Positions 36,700 through 47,724 of a stretch of DNA of 64,000 nucleotides are shown here, in pieces (the stretch's first letter is position 1; each line of letters starts with the position of its first letter). Position numbers and translations under genes: made by a program. The notes beneath the pieces were generated by a model. That model worked only from the letters and a program-made list of their open reading frames with translations. It was not told the origin of the DNA and made no database searches. Origin of the DNA: Alloascoidea hylecoeti (Eukaryota); assembly GCA_001600815.1 (NCBI GenBank), contig BCKZ01000012.1:372001-436000 (forward strand), in the 5' to 3' direction.

Positions 36700-37940
36700 T
36701 CAATTTCAATAGTNATAACTTGGCTGGGTTGATTATCCTGAAAATTTATAAACAGTTATATCTGAGTTTATGGCATGGCTAGTGCTTGATATACTGAACG
36801 GGCATATAGCTTTGCAAAATATCGCAAGCTTATTCAAATATAATTAACGTAGCTTATATTATATAGCTGATATGATAATAATTGGCTCGTATACCATAAT
36901 AAAAATACCTCACAAATTTGAAATACAATTCTGATATAGATGGCCCTAAGGCTTATTATAGCTAGTGAGAGCTAGAGTTTTATAGCTGTAGGACAATTAA
37001 TTGTATCACTATCAATTATTATAATCAGTAACGTATATAACATAATAGTAGGAATTGGAATAATATAATTAATGTAGCTATAGGATAGTACTAGCTTACT
37101 AGTGTCATTATAAATATGTATGGTATCCAGAAATCAAATATAGCGCTAGATTAATATAATATATAGAATTCGAAGATCATATAGATAGCCATAAATCATC
37201 AATTGTAACTTTTGTAAAATATAGCTTTATATCGAAAGTCGAAGACTATAACATTAATTAAGCTAAATCTATCTCCATATAAGCTATTTATAATTATAGG
37301 TATTAATATTATAATGGTAATTATAAGCGTTTACTCGGGCTTACAATCAAGCTTGTTATTGGTTATTATATCCATAGCTAGATAGTAATATAATTGTAAG
37401 AATATACATATACGGTCTCTATGATTGCCTATATTATGTCATACATGGCCATTTGTAGAAGGAAATAGCATTTTTAGGATTGGAGAATAGCCTATATTGG
37501 AAAAAGAAATCTGATAATATGCATAGTAGAACCATAATCAGTGAAGATATCTTGCAATTAGCAATATAATTATAAAGATATGGCATAGGTGGCTAGCGCA
37601 ACGGATTATAAAGAACAATATGCTAAGATATAAATGGAGGCATTCAAGACTTATACCATCCAAGTGATTTACAAGATTGGTCAATGTAAAGTGTAACTTT
37701 GAAGTAATTGATCGTGATGATTTATAATCCACATCAGTTAGTATAGCACTATAGATCTCATATATAATTAAATCAATGCAAAATAGATTGCAATCACACT
37801 GCAACTAGCTATAGACAACTAGCTATCAGCCCAACATATTGACCACGACTCATTTAAGCTTAATCTTGCATTTGGATCACTTAAGCGATATCCTTTAAAT
37901 TTCGAAGACATAAGTTAACGTTGCAAATTTGGAGAGAGCA
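36700..37940 (+). pseudogene. Tentative decayed copy of the nuclease-kinase family (plus strand)
   Basis: Ordered fragments IIIKIWH (37566-37586), KI*M (37625-37636), IYKIGQC (37667-37687), ISYI (about 37760), LH..SDI (about 37866-37892), KFGES (37925-37939), compared with YIIKWID, RIYM, LHGIGFC, LDYI, LH..GDI, DFGLS. Confidence 0.35.
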
Positions 37941-38149
37941 AATAAACAAACATTCAACACTTTAGACAGAGAGAATAGGTTCCTTTTCATTATACATAAT
38001 AAGAAAATGAAATCGACGGTTGGCAATTTATATTATAAAACCTATGGATTTGTGCCCACTGACAATTGCAAGCTTCCACTTCAACTTGTCGCCAATTGGA
38101 TTAAGCGCTGATCTATATGCATATGTCTATGACTAATCAAGCTCAAGTA

Positions 38150-40240
38150 ATTATAAGTTTATTTATGCTGCGAACACTCAAATCAGGTTTTATATTCTAA
38201 TATAAATTTAAACATATGGATTAAAAAGCCAATATACTAATAATAGCAATCACCCTCGTATGAAGTTATTTACTAATCTTTCAATTCGATTTTTATCGAA
38301 ACACCAAGCGTACCTTGAGATACGATGGACAATCTTGTGTTTCAACCAGAGATAGTCCCACACGGTCCAAGATTTCTTCATCACCACCTTGATACGCATC
38401 GGAATCTGCCTTGAGGTAATTTTGGGCAAAGGCCTCTGGAATAATGGGAATAAGCATAATTAAGCATTTGCATAGGACTATATGCATTTGCATCCTAATT
38501 AATATACCTAAAATTCCTCGTGTCTCCGTTTTATAATTAGCGACCAATCGCAGTATACCAGTTGGTTCATGTGCATATTGATACGCATGCATCTGTGATA
38601 ATTTATACAAATTCGTTTGTGTTTGACTCCCATTTGGTACGTTGGAGTCCAAACAGTAATTACGTTACGCGTTGAATATTGTTGAATTTCTGCCTTGCAT
38701 AGGATGTTATACGTATACAACTGTAATCGTATTCAGAAAGCATTATCACAATTTTTATGTTGTATAGATATTAATGTATAATTTTAATTACATATTATAA
38801 CGTTATATGTTATTTATTCTTTTTTATGGTTATTATGATAATTATATCTGCCTGAAGGCATGCCTGCTGCTCTCGTCTTCCCGATACATGGAATAGTTTC
38901 AATAAATAAACAAACAAATTTAAATAAATAAATTAGCATTATTGTTAGATTCTATGGCATCTGTCTCTTATGAATCATATAAGTGATTATATAAGTAGTT
39001 CTCTCTTTTTCTAATACAAGTGATTCTTCAATCATAAAACCGATATATCCCTACATGCGAACGGGATCATATTAAAAGCCCTATTTCCTTAACATCTATG
39101 GATTTATATGATATATTATTAATTAATATTGACGGTAACATGATATAAAATATTATTTATCTAGAAAATTAAAGGTGAACTTATACTATACAATATATAT
39201 AACCTTCTAGAAGTTAAAACCCCTTCATTATTTGACCGAAAGATGTTGCTGTCTGTTGGGTATACTTTGATTGTAGCCAGTCAACGCTAGTTGTAGAGTG
39301 TTCAAAATTTCACATATTCTAATTATGTGTTAATACTAAGTACTCCAATTGCGTACCGTGCCTTGATACTTTTGGTTCAACTGGTGATTAGATACAATTG
39401 GTCCTTGTTTCTAAAGATAGAGTCGAAACTCAATCGCAACTCAATTGCAAGGAAATTAGTGTTAGAGAGTATTTGAGATGGAACATCTCCTTGATATACC
39501 ATTGAATCAGTATTGATAATCAATTGTGTTTACAGATCACTTTGACTTGTTTCAAATGCAACTTGTTTTAAATTTACATTCAGATATATTCTGATTCAAA
39601 GGTTCTTACGAGTAACGTTATAAAACTGTAACTTATACATATATTTTATATATCTGCTGCAGTTTTGATCAATTGCAAATCTGCATCCTTATAATATATA
39701 ACATAATACATATTATTTTATTCTCAATGTCATATATTTAGATTTTGATACTTCCGTAATATAATATAGATTTAAGCTTTATATCATACAGCTGCAATCA
39801 TTCTTTATTATTTTCTGGTAACCAATTATGGTGCAGAATGAAGACCTTAAATTCTCTACAACTCATTGCACCACTCATAATCGTAATCTTTTATAACTTC
39901 ATCTCTCTCTATATATATAGTTTTTTTAGACATTTATAGCTTGTATTCGATAATGTAATCACAAGTTTCATAAAGTTTCTCGTTAAAAGCTTCTATACAT
40001 ATAACATGTAGTGCTAGTATATTTGAAACAGGCCTCACCCTTGATAAAATACATCTGAGACTCAACCGCGAGAAGTTTAATCAAGCTACAAAACTACATG
40101 ATTTGAAACAAGACTTTCTATTATTGGTATCATATACAATTATATAAGCATTTTATCATGATATAGGAAAATATTAATAAGCAAATACACTACAAATATA
40201 ATATGCAATAATGCATATAATTACCTAAAATATATGATCT
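38150..40240 (-). pseudogene. Probable decayed copy of the nuclease-kinase family
   Basis: FIKGEA (40031-40048) vs FINGET; TAADI then QFYNVT (about 39610-39663) vs SEADI..RFYNRIT; TSQSDL..FLAIELR..GVLS vs TRSDF..ITIEMK..GILS; CINYHRCMRINM (about 38575-38610) vs CYNYYKDELRIYM; all in order. Confidence 0.55.
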
Positions 40241-40982
40241 CTTAAATAATAATTCGTCACTTTGCAAATTTTAGACTCATTTTTTAAAGATTTAGCCGAA
40301 CTTGAAACTCAATTCAATTTCTGACAATAACGATACATCTCTATAGAGGAAAATTGCTATTATTATATCATCATATGCATATTATTATAGTGCTACATTA
40401 TACATTTTTTCTATGCATGAATTATATTTTTTTTTAAATGCAGTGACAGGCTTAAGTGATCTGTCAAGCAATATAATATTACCAATTAGCCCATAGTCTG
40501 GAGTAGATATTGACTGAAACGGACAGAGACGGAAAATCCATAAGGTGAGAAATATCTTGTTACGTCCAAAAAATAATAATACGATACAATTGCTAGAAAA
40601 AACAACAACAACAAGTACCGAAAAACGCCCTAATTTGCCTATTTTTAATCATATTATTCAATTAACTAACCTAACTTGTATCTTTTTTAGACATTGGCAA
40701 TCAATCGCATTGTAGAAATGATCAAAATTGGTAATATAATAAATCGGGCATATATTATATATATACTTTCTTCCTTTTTTTGCTGTGGAAATATTTAAAA
40801 CTCCAACAACAAAATCCTCCCAGAGATTCATTTCTTTTTCTCTTATATAATTTGTTCCTGAATCATTCTATGAACAGCTTCTTATTTAGAGTTTAATCAT
40901 TTTTTTAATAATTACATTTTTCACTTCACCAAACAATTGAATAATTCATTCATTTAAATTTATTTATAATTGTTACTTACAA

Positions 40983-42677
40983 ATGACTGATTTAGTTACA
41001 ATACAACGAGAAAACGCATCATCAGCTCCTTTTACTAATGGTACAGTTGAAGATATTCTTTTAAATGGTAATAATAATTTCAATCAAGAGTTTTCTATGA
41101 TGTCTAATGATCTAAATGATATAAATTTTGATATGGGTGTATCATCATCTAATGGATTTGGAAATATTAATAATTGTACTACAGATGGAAGAATATATCA
41201 AACAAATGTCCCCAAGATAACTACACAAGTCAAAATTTCAACTCAAGAATTAGATTTTCCAATTGGATTAAATGATTCTCAAAAAGCACTTTCGTCTCCT
41301 TTACCAATTTCTCAACCACAATCTGCAGGTATAATAAAGTCCACGCAAGCAATCCCCCCAGAAATTGAGACAGTGAATTTAAATAGACAAACAAAAGATC
41401 AAGTTGATGGGGTTAAACATGAATATACAGTTGAAGATAGTCTTCGTTTAATTGATGACTTGAAGTTTTTCCTTGCTACAGCACCTGCGAATTGGCATCC
41501 ATCTCAAATAATCAGGCGGTATTATTTAAATCATATCGAAGGGTTTATATCATGCGTTTATTGGCATAATCTTTTTTTCATTACTGGAACAGATATTATA
41601 AGGTCACTTGTTTACAGATTTAATCAATTTGGAAGAGAAATAATTGATAGAAAAAAATTTGAAGAAGGAGTTTTCAGTGATTTAAGAAATTTAAAATGTA
41701 ATCAAGATGCAGTACTTGAAATGCCAAAGAGTGAATTTTTAGAATTTTTATATAAAAATAACTGTTTAAGAACACAAAAAAAGCAAAAAGTTTTCTTTTG
41801 GTTTAGTGTTAATCATGATAAATTATTTGCAGATGCTTTGGAAAGGGATTTAAAACGAGAAGCTATACTTGCTAGTTCGGGATCCGCAGCCAATACAGCG
41901 GCAGCCGCCGAGTTTAGTAATAAGAATGGGGCAAGCAGTATAGCAATTAAAGAGCCAGCACTATCATTTAGGTGGGATGAATCTAAAAATTTGTACGACC
42001 AGGTTGTTGATTATTTGAAAGAGAAGTATGAAAGCGAAGAGGACAAAGAACGAGTTCCGTTGCTTCCAAGTTTACCTCCTTCGCACTTGACATGCCGGCG
42101 CAAAGAAACGTCGAATACAAAATCGAGGCCGATGGCAGCAGCAGGTCCGGGAGATAGGGATGTTTACAGCGAGAATGGGGGGCAGGGCCGGAACCTAAAT
42201 CCGAATTCCAACGCGAACCCAAATCCGGCACCAGCTAGCAGCGTGGAATACAGTAGCAATTGCAGCATGGAGGGGTATGGGGATGCCCTCGGGTACAGCA
42301 ACTCGTACGAGGTGGCCGGTTTCGGAGGGAACATCGACAGCACTGGCAGCGAGCTGGAGCTGGAGATGGAGCTGGAGATGCCGCTGGAAGAGGGCCCATT
42401 TGGGATGTACGCGTATCCTGGAACACAGCCATTTTACTATCCCATGGCCAGGCCCTACTACGACTACGACTACGACTACGATGACTGGTACCGTGCGGCC
42501 GCTGGGGTACCCATGCCCATTCCCCTGGCTGCCAGGCCCGCCAGCTGCAGGCCCATGGCTGGGCGACGTCCATCGGCTCCAATGTCGTTTCCTATTCCTG
42601 TGCTCAAGCCGCGTCCTGTTCCAATGAAGCCGCGACGGTCCTCGGGAACACGAATCCGCCACTTCTACCCACACTGA
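40983..42677 (+). CDS. STE12: Ste12/Cph1 transcription factor (STE domain, no C2H2 fingers)
   Basis: LKFFLATAPANW, ITGTDI, KKFEEGVFSDLRNLK, CLRTQKKQKVFFWFSVNHDKLFADALERDLKRE. Confidence 0.96.
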   Translation: MTDLVTIQRENASSAPFTNGTVEDILLNGNNNFNQEFSMMSNDLNDINFDMGVSSSNGFGNINNCTTDGRIYQTNVPKITTQVKISTQELDFPIGLNDSQKALSSPLPISQPQSAGIIKSTQAIPPEIETVNLNRQTKDQVDGVKHEYTVEDSLRLIDDLKFFLATAPANWHPSQIIRRYYLNHIEGFISCVYWHNLFFITGTDIIRSLVYRFNQFGREIIDRKKFEEGVFSDLRNLKCNQDAVLEMPKSEFLEFLYKNNCLRTQKKQKVFFWFSVNHDKLFADALERDLKREAILASSGSAANTAAAAEFSNKNGASSIAIKEPALSFRWDESKNLYDQVVDYLKEKYESEEDKERVPLLPSLPPSHLTCRRKETSNTKSRPMAAAGPGDRDVYSENGGQGRNLNPNSNANPNPAPASSVEYSSNCSMEGYGDALGYSNSYEVAGFGGNIDSTGSELELEMELEMPLEEGPFGMYAYPGTQPFYYPMARPYYDYDYDYDDWYRAAAGVPMPIPLAARPASCRPMAGRRPSAPMSFPIPVLKPRPVPMKPRRSSGTRIRHFYPH

Positions 42678-42761
42678 CCCCGTGCACGTGCGCCCGCGCC
42701 CGGCCAGCAGGCCCGAGGGTTTGTCTGGGACGGCCCAGCATTTTGTAGAGTATCCCGTACC

Positions 42762-42802
42762 ATAATAATATAATATAATATAATATAATATAATATAATA
42801 AT
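42762..42802. repeat. (TAATA)n microsatellite
   Basis: Tandem TAATA units between STE12 and OGT. Confidence 0.9.
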
Positions 42803-42905
42803 ATGTATTTTCTTGATCTAGAACATGCATGATGTCACCAATTAAAACACCACTTATTCCCACACTCCATCCTTTTTCTTCTGCCACCATTAAAATGGAT
42901 TCCAC

Positions 42906-45900
42906 ATGAGTCTCCGTCCGACTTCTCTTCTGATCCTCGCCCGCCGTATAATCTCCGGCTGTGCCTCCCTGCCCGACCACGCCACACGACCGGTCCTGGA
43001 GACCCTGTCGCAGGCCCTGGAGGTTTGGTCCCTGTGGCTCCTACGGCAGCTTCTCAACATCAATGCCAAAACCACTCCCCAGATATCGCTACGGTGCCTG
43101 CGTGGCGCAGAGCTCACCTTCCAGCCGGCCGGAGCTACTCATCTCGACTCCCAGCTAATCCAACAGCTGATCCCCCCCAGCCTGAGCTCCTCGTGGGGCC
43201 TGTTCGAAATCTGGACCCCCACCCTGAAAATGCAGCGATACTACTCCACTCTCATCGACAGTCTGACCCCCGGCTCATGCGGTAGGGAAGACATGTTCCG
43301 CGCTGCTTGCGAGGGCTACATCCAATGTGCAACCCTGTGCCTCAAGCTTAAGCTCAACGATAGAGCCTTTTCCATCTGCAAAATATTGTTGATGCTGAAG
43401 CCAAATAATGTCAATGCAATAGGAACAACGGCTTTGGCTTTAAAAAATTTGGGAAATCTCATTGATGCTGAGCAAATGTGGCTGAAATGCGTTTCTCTGT
43501 CTCCAACATGTTATGATCATATTGAACAATTAGTTTCCTTCTGGAACCAACAACAGAGATATAATGATGTCTTGGCATTATTATCAAACGTTTTATCTGG
43601 GAAACGGCCTCAGGATGACCATTTTGTATCTTCAGACTGGTGTCGGTACCTTAGTTTAACATTGACTTATGCTAATATCCAGTATAGTAGGCTCCAGATT
43701 GAACAAAGTGCAAAACTTTTTGCTCTAATCGTTACGCTTGTAATCAGTAATAGACCTATTGACGTTGACCCAGATGTTGGTATTCTTTTATTGGATTCAG
43801 AATTAATTACTGGTATATCTGGCTCACAATATCCTTCAAATATAAATGTAAACCTACATGAAAATGGAAATCGAAATTATCATGGTATATCATCTCTTAT
43901 TGCTCATATTCAACAAAAAATTTTATCTTTATCTTCAACATCTAGTCTGTTATTATTTCCTCAACAGGCAACAAAATATCTCTCAACATTTTTCCAACAA
44001 ACAAATAATATTTCTCCACTAGCATATAGGATGTTAGTTTCAAATCCGAACCTACATCCTGAAAATTTTAAACAATTAGCAATGGTAACTAGTAATGCTT
44101 TATTAAACTTGGCTAAAATTTTTCAAGATGGGTTGAACTCATCTGGTGCAAATTTAAATGGGGGTAATGGTAATAATAATATTGCAAATGTTGATAGTGC
44201 TTGTGCTCAATCTCATAATAATATTTGCAATTTATGTTTTATAGATTATAGAGTTCCTACACATTATGATATATTATTACTTTATTATCTTAGCTTGGTT
44301 TTAAACCCTTCACCTTCAACTGCAAATAATATTGGAATATTAATATCATCAATGTCTGTATTACCGGAGAAGCAATTTGCTACAGGTTTAAATTCAAATT
44401 CTAATGGAAATGATGTAAACAATAGGTATGGGTTAATTAAACAATTAGCTTTAGAATATTATAAGTATGGACTTTCAATTGATCCTAATCATCCACATTT
44501 GTACACAAATCTCGGTTCTTTACTTAAAGAGCAAGGCAAACCATTAGAAGCGATTGCAATTTATCATCAAGCTGTGAAATGTGATGCTAATTTCTATATT
44601 GCTTTGACAAACCTTGCAAGTGCCCTAAAAGATCTCGGCAAAACTGATGAAGCAATTTATTATTTCGAAAAGGCTGTTGCTGCAAATCCAGGGTTTGTTG
44701 AAGCAGTAGTCGGACTGGCAAACTCAAAAGGTTGTGTATGTGATTGGAGTGGTAGAGGTGTCGTTGATTGGGAAGTTTGGGGCGTTGATGAAAATGATTT
44801 ACTCCATTCTAAACAAGATTTAATTGCTCAAAGAGATGCTAAAATTCATTCCAATGCTCTTACACATATACAGCCAAAAGTCCAACCAACAACTGGTTGG
44901 ATTGAAAATTTAATAAGTATTATAGATTCTCAAATTCAGGAACATAATACTTGGGGACAAGGTACAATTGAATCTTTATTATGTTCAACAACAGATGTTA
45001 ATAATATTTTTAATATTGCATTAAACGTTTTTACAAAAGACAATACTTATAAACAAAATTTAACTAGATCTCTTTCAACACCTAGGAATAAAACTTTACA
45101 AATACAATTATTTCAAATTTGGAGATCTTGGGCTGGTAAAAAAAATGAAGGTACAAAATTATTACAATTAATTATACAATGTATAAAAATATTAAAAAGA
45201 CTATGGTTTTTGGATATTTCTAATAATATTCATCATCCACCTACATATTATACATTCCCTTTGATTCCATCGATTTTACCCCCTCCTCCAGCTATTTCAG
45301 TCTTACCATTTCATACTTTTACATTACCAGTAACAAATTCACAAATAAGAGAAATATCAATGCGTTGTAGTCTTAAAGCATCTTATACAGCGCTTACACA
45401 ACCTTGGCTTCCTAGAACTATTTATAAACCACCAAGGGATCCAAGTTACTTCAACAATAAACTAAATATTGGATATATCAGTAGTGATTTCATGAATCAT
45501 CCGTTAGCACACTTAATGCAATCAGTCTTTGGATTACATAATAGTGATTTGGTTACTGTATTCTGTTATGCCACTTCAGTGTCTGATAATTCTGAATACC
45601 GCCATAAAATCGAAAGAGAAGCTCATGTATTTAGAGATTGTGGAAATTGGACCAATCAGCAAATTATTGAACAGATAGTAAAAGATGAAATCCACGTTTT
45701 AGTAAATTTAAATGGATTTACAAGAGGTGCAAGAAATGAAGTATTTGGTGCACATCCTGCTCCTATCCAATGTGCTTCAATGGGATTTGCAGGAAGTCTT
45801 GGTGGAGGATGGAATGATTATTTAATAGGTGATCCAATTGCTGTAGGTGAAAAACAATTTTTTGGAAATAATTATAATGGTGAAGATGAATGGGTATATA

Positions 45901-46970
45901 CTGAGAAAATTGTCTATTTAAGGCATAGTTTTTTCATTTGTGATCATAGACAAAGTGCCCCTGACTCTCTTCGAAGAATACAGAAAAATCGAGAAGAGCA
46001 GAAATCATTAACAAATATTGATGTGAAGACTCCAACAACTGCAAATACTGNTAATCGGATTATAATGACAGAACCTTTAACATGGCAAACGAATATGCAA
46101 TTACGTCAATCATTGCGACAACAATTATTCCCTAATCTGCCACCGAATGCTTTCTTGATTGCTAATTTTAATCAGCTTTATAAAATTGACCCTATAATAT
46201 TTAAATCATGGCTTACAATACTTAGCTCAAATTCCAACATTTATNTTTGGCTTCTTCAATTTCCAATATCAGGACAAACAAATTTATTAAAATATGCTAC
46301 AATTTGGACAAATAATGATCAATCTGTCATCTCTAGAATTTTATTTACACCAGTCGCAGATAAGGATGCACATATTTTAAGATGTCGTGTCCCTGATTTA
46401 GTGGTAGATACTCCAGAATGTGGTGGCCATACAACTACAACAGATACCGTTTGGTCTAGTACTCCGGTACTTGCATTCCCAAGACAAGCAGCAAAGTTAT
46501 GTAGTAGAGTAGCTGCTAGTATTGTTTTAAATTGTATTCCAGATGATTATTCTGAATTTGGGTTTGATGCAAATAATTCATTACAACTTGGATTGGATAA
46601 TATTATGACAACAACTGCTGCAACTTTCGGAGGTGGAGTTAATGGGAATTATTATGATTATAGAAATGATTATAAATACCCACAATTTAATGATGAGATG
46701 GTTTATGATTCCCAACTAGAGGATATTCATACACTTGTTTATAAATTAATAGTGTCTTCAGAAAATGAGTATGAAAATCGAATTTTGGAATTTGCTACAC
46801 CAAGAGGTCAACGAGAGCTATTAAGAATTAGGAAAGCTATATTTGACACACGGGAAAATGGACAAGGAACAGTATTTGATACAAAAGGATATGCTGGTGA
46901 ATTGGAGGATGCATACTGGAAAATGTGGAAAGATTGGGTTAATGGGAGATATGAGGATATCTACATATGA
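42906..46970 (+). CDS. OGT: TPR-containing O-GlcNAc transferase (GT41)
   Basis: TPRs (HPHLYTNLGSLLK, IALTNLASALKD), VLPFH, IGYISSDFMNHPLAHLM, LVNLNGFTRGAR, NFNQLYKIDP, DTPECGGHTT, SRVAAS. Confidence 0.95.
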   Translation: MSLRPTSLLILARRIISGCASLPDHATRPVLETLSQALEVWSLWLLRQLLNINAKTTPQISLRCLRGAELTFQPAGATHLDSQLIQQLIPPSLSSSWGLFEIWTPTLKMQRYYSTLIDSLTPGSCGREDMFRAACEGYIQCATLCLKLKLNDRAFSICKILLMLKPNNVNAIGTTALALKNLGNLIDAEQMWLKCVSLSPTCYDHIEQLVSFWNQQQRYNDVLALLSNVLSGKRPQDDHFVSSDWCRYLSLTLTYANIQYSRLQIEQSAKLFALIVTLVISNRPIDVDPDVGILLLDSELITGISGSQYPSNINVNLHENGNRNYHGISSLIAHIQQKILSLSSTSSLLLFPQQATKYLSTFFQQTNNISPLAYRMLVSNPNLHPENFKQLAMVTSNALLNLAKIFQDGLNSSGANLNGGNGNNNIANVDSACAQSHNNICNLCFIDYRVPTHYDILLLYYLSLVLNPSPSTANNIGILISSMSVLPEKQFATGLNSNSNGNDVNNRYGLIKQLALEYYKYGLSIDPNHPHLYTNLGSLLKEQGKPLEAIAIYHQAVKCDANFYIALTNLASALKDLGKTDEAIYYFEKAVAANPGFVEAVVGLANSKGCVCDWSGRGVVDWEVWGVDENDLLHSKQDLIAQRDAKIHSNALTHIQPKVQPTTGWIENLISIIDSQIQEHNTWGQGTIESLLCSTTDVNNIFNIALNVFTKDNTYKQNLTRSLSTPRNKTLQIQLFQIWRSWAGKKNEGTKLLQLIIQCIKILKRLWFLDISNNIHHPPTYYTFPLIPSILPPPPAISVLPFHTFTLPVTNSQIREISMRCSLKASYTALTQPWLPRTIYKPPRDPSYFNNKLNIGYISSDFMNHPLAHLMQSVFGLHNSDLVTVFCYATSVSDNSEYRHKIEREAHVFRDCGNWTNQQIIEQIVKDEIHVLVNLNGFTRGARNEVFGAHPAPIQCASMGFAGSLGGGWNDYLIGDPIAVGEKQFFGNNYNGEDEWVYTEKIVYLRHSFFICDHRQSAPDSLRRIQKNREEQKSLTNIDVKTPTTANTXNRIIMTEPLTWQTNMQLRQSLRQQLFPNLPPNAFLIANFNQLYKIDPIIFKSWLTILSSNSNIYXWLLQFPISGQTNLLKYATIWTNNDQSVISRILFTPVADKDAHILRCRVPDLVVDTPECGGHTTTTDTVWSSTPVLAFPRQAAKLCSRVAASIVLNCIPDDYSEFGFDANNSLQLGLDNIMTTTAATFGGGVNGNYYDYRNDYKYPQFNDEMVYDSQLEDIHTLVYKLIVSSENEYENRILEFATPRGQRELLRIRKAIFDTRENGQGTVFDTKGYAGELEDAYWKMWKDWVNGRYEDIYI

Positions 46971-47724
46971 CCAATGAGATGAATGGTTTATTAGTACTGA
47001 TGTTATAAAGATACAAATATTTAAGAATCTCAGAAAGGTTTGAATATTGACTAGAGTAAGAACAAAAATAACTGATGTTCTATAACTTATGTTAGCTTTC
47101 TATTAATATCAATATTGCCCGATATCAAATGGTGATTTATTACTAATAATGTATACTTTCTCATTCTTTTTTCATAAGATAATCATAATACAACCTGAAT
47201 TTATGAGGTTTAATGTATCATTTAATTTAGTATTGTTTTTTTTTTCTTTTGTCTCTTTTGCTCATCTTTTAAATTTTTATTATTTATATTTTTACATATG
47301 CGGTGATACAAACAAAAAAAAAAAAAAAAAACACAGAGGTTGTTAAGGTGGATCTGATAACGTATCCACGTTATGATACCATATACTATACATTATATAT
47401 ATTGTATTTGCTGTATAAAAGCATACTACAATAGGTTCCATGACTCCCGACAAATGTTTTAATGACTTGTATACTATGGTAGTTGATGTATTATATTGTA
47501 AATTATCACTTAGAAATTAAAGAAAATCGCGTTCCATACATATCCAGGCTAATAATATATTAATATCTCCCTTAAAAATCTGTCTAAATTTCATGCCTAT
47601 AAGTATATATATAGGTTAAATCTGTATCGATATCGATATCTTACAATATTGCATATATTAATTATTGGTGTAAGGATTTTAAACATACCACATTAAATGC
47701 AAACTTTTTTCACTTCTTTTAAAA

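Noticed and set aside
37440..37560. HGHL..LYW, resembling an integrase zinc-binding region
   Set aside because: No CxxC or DDE core follows.
38436..38507. 72-nt GT..CAG segment suggesting a novel spliced small gene
   Set aside because: Weak branch site, no coherent gene model, and the region fits the decayed family copy.
36400..40900. Long AT-rich gap as a possible centromere
   Set aside because: No CDEI-II-III arrangement or inverted repeat seen, and decayed coding remnants explain much of it. It cannot be excluded without Cse4 ChIP.
42195..42980. 261-aa minus-strand ORF and other overlapping ORFs at 41983-43285
   Set aside because: Shadow ORFs caused by stop-codon scarcity in the GC island; the 261-aa ORF runs through a microsatellite.
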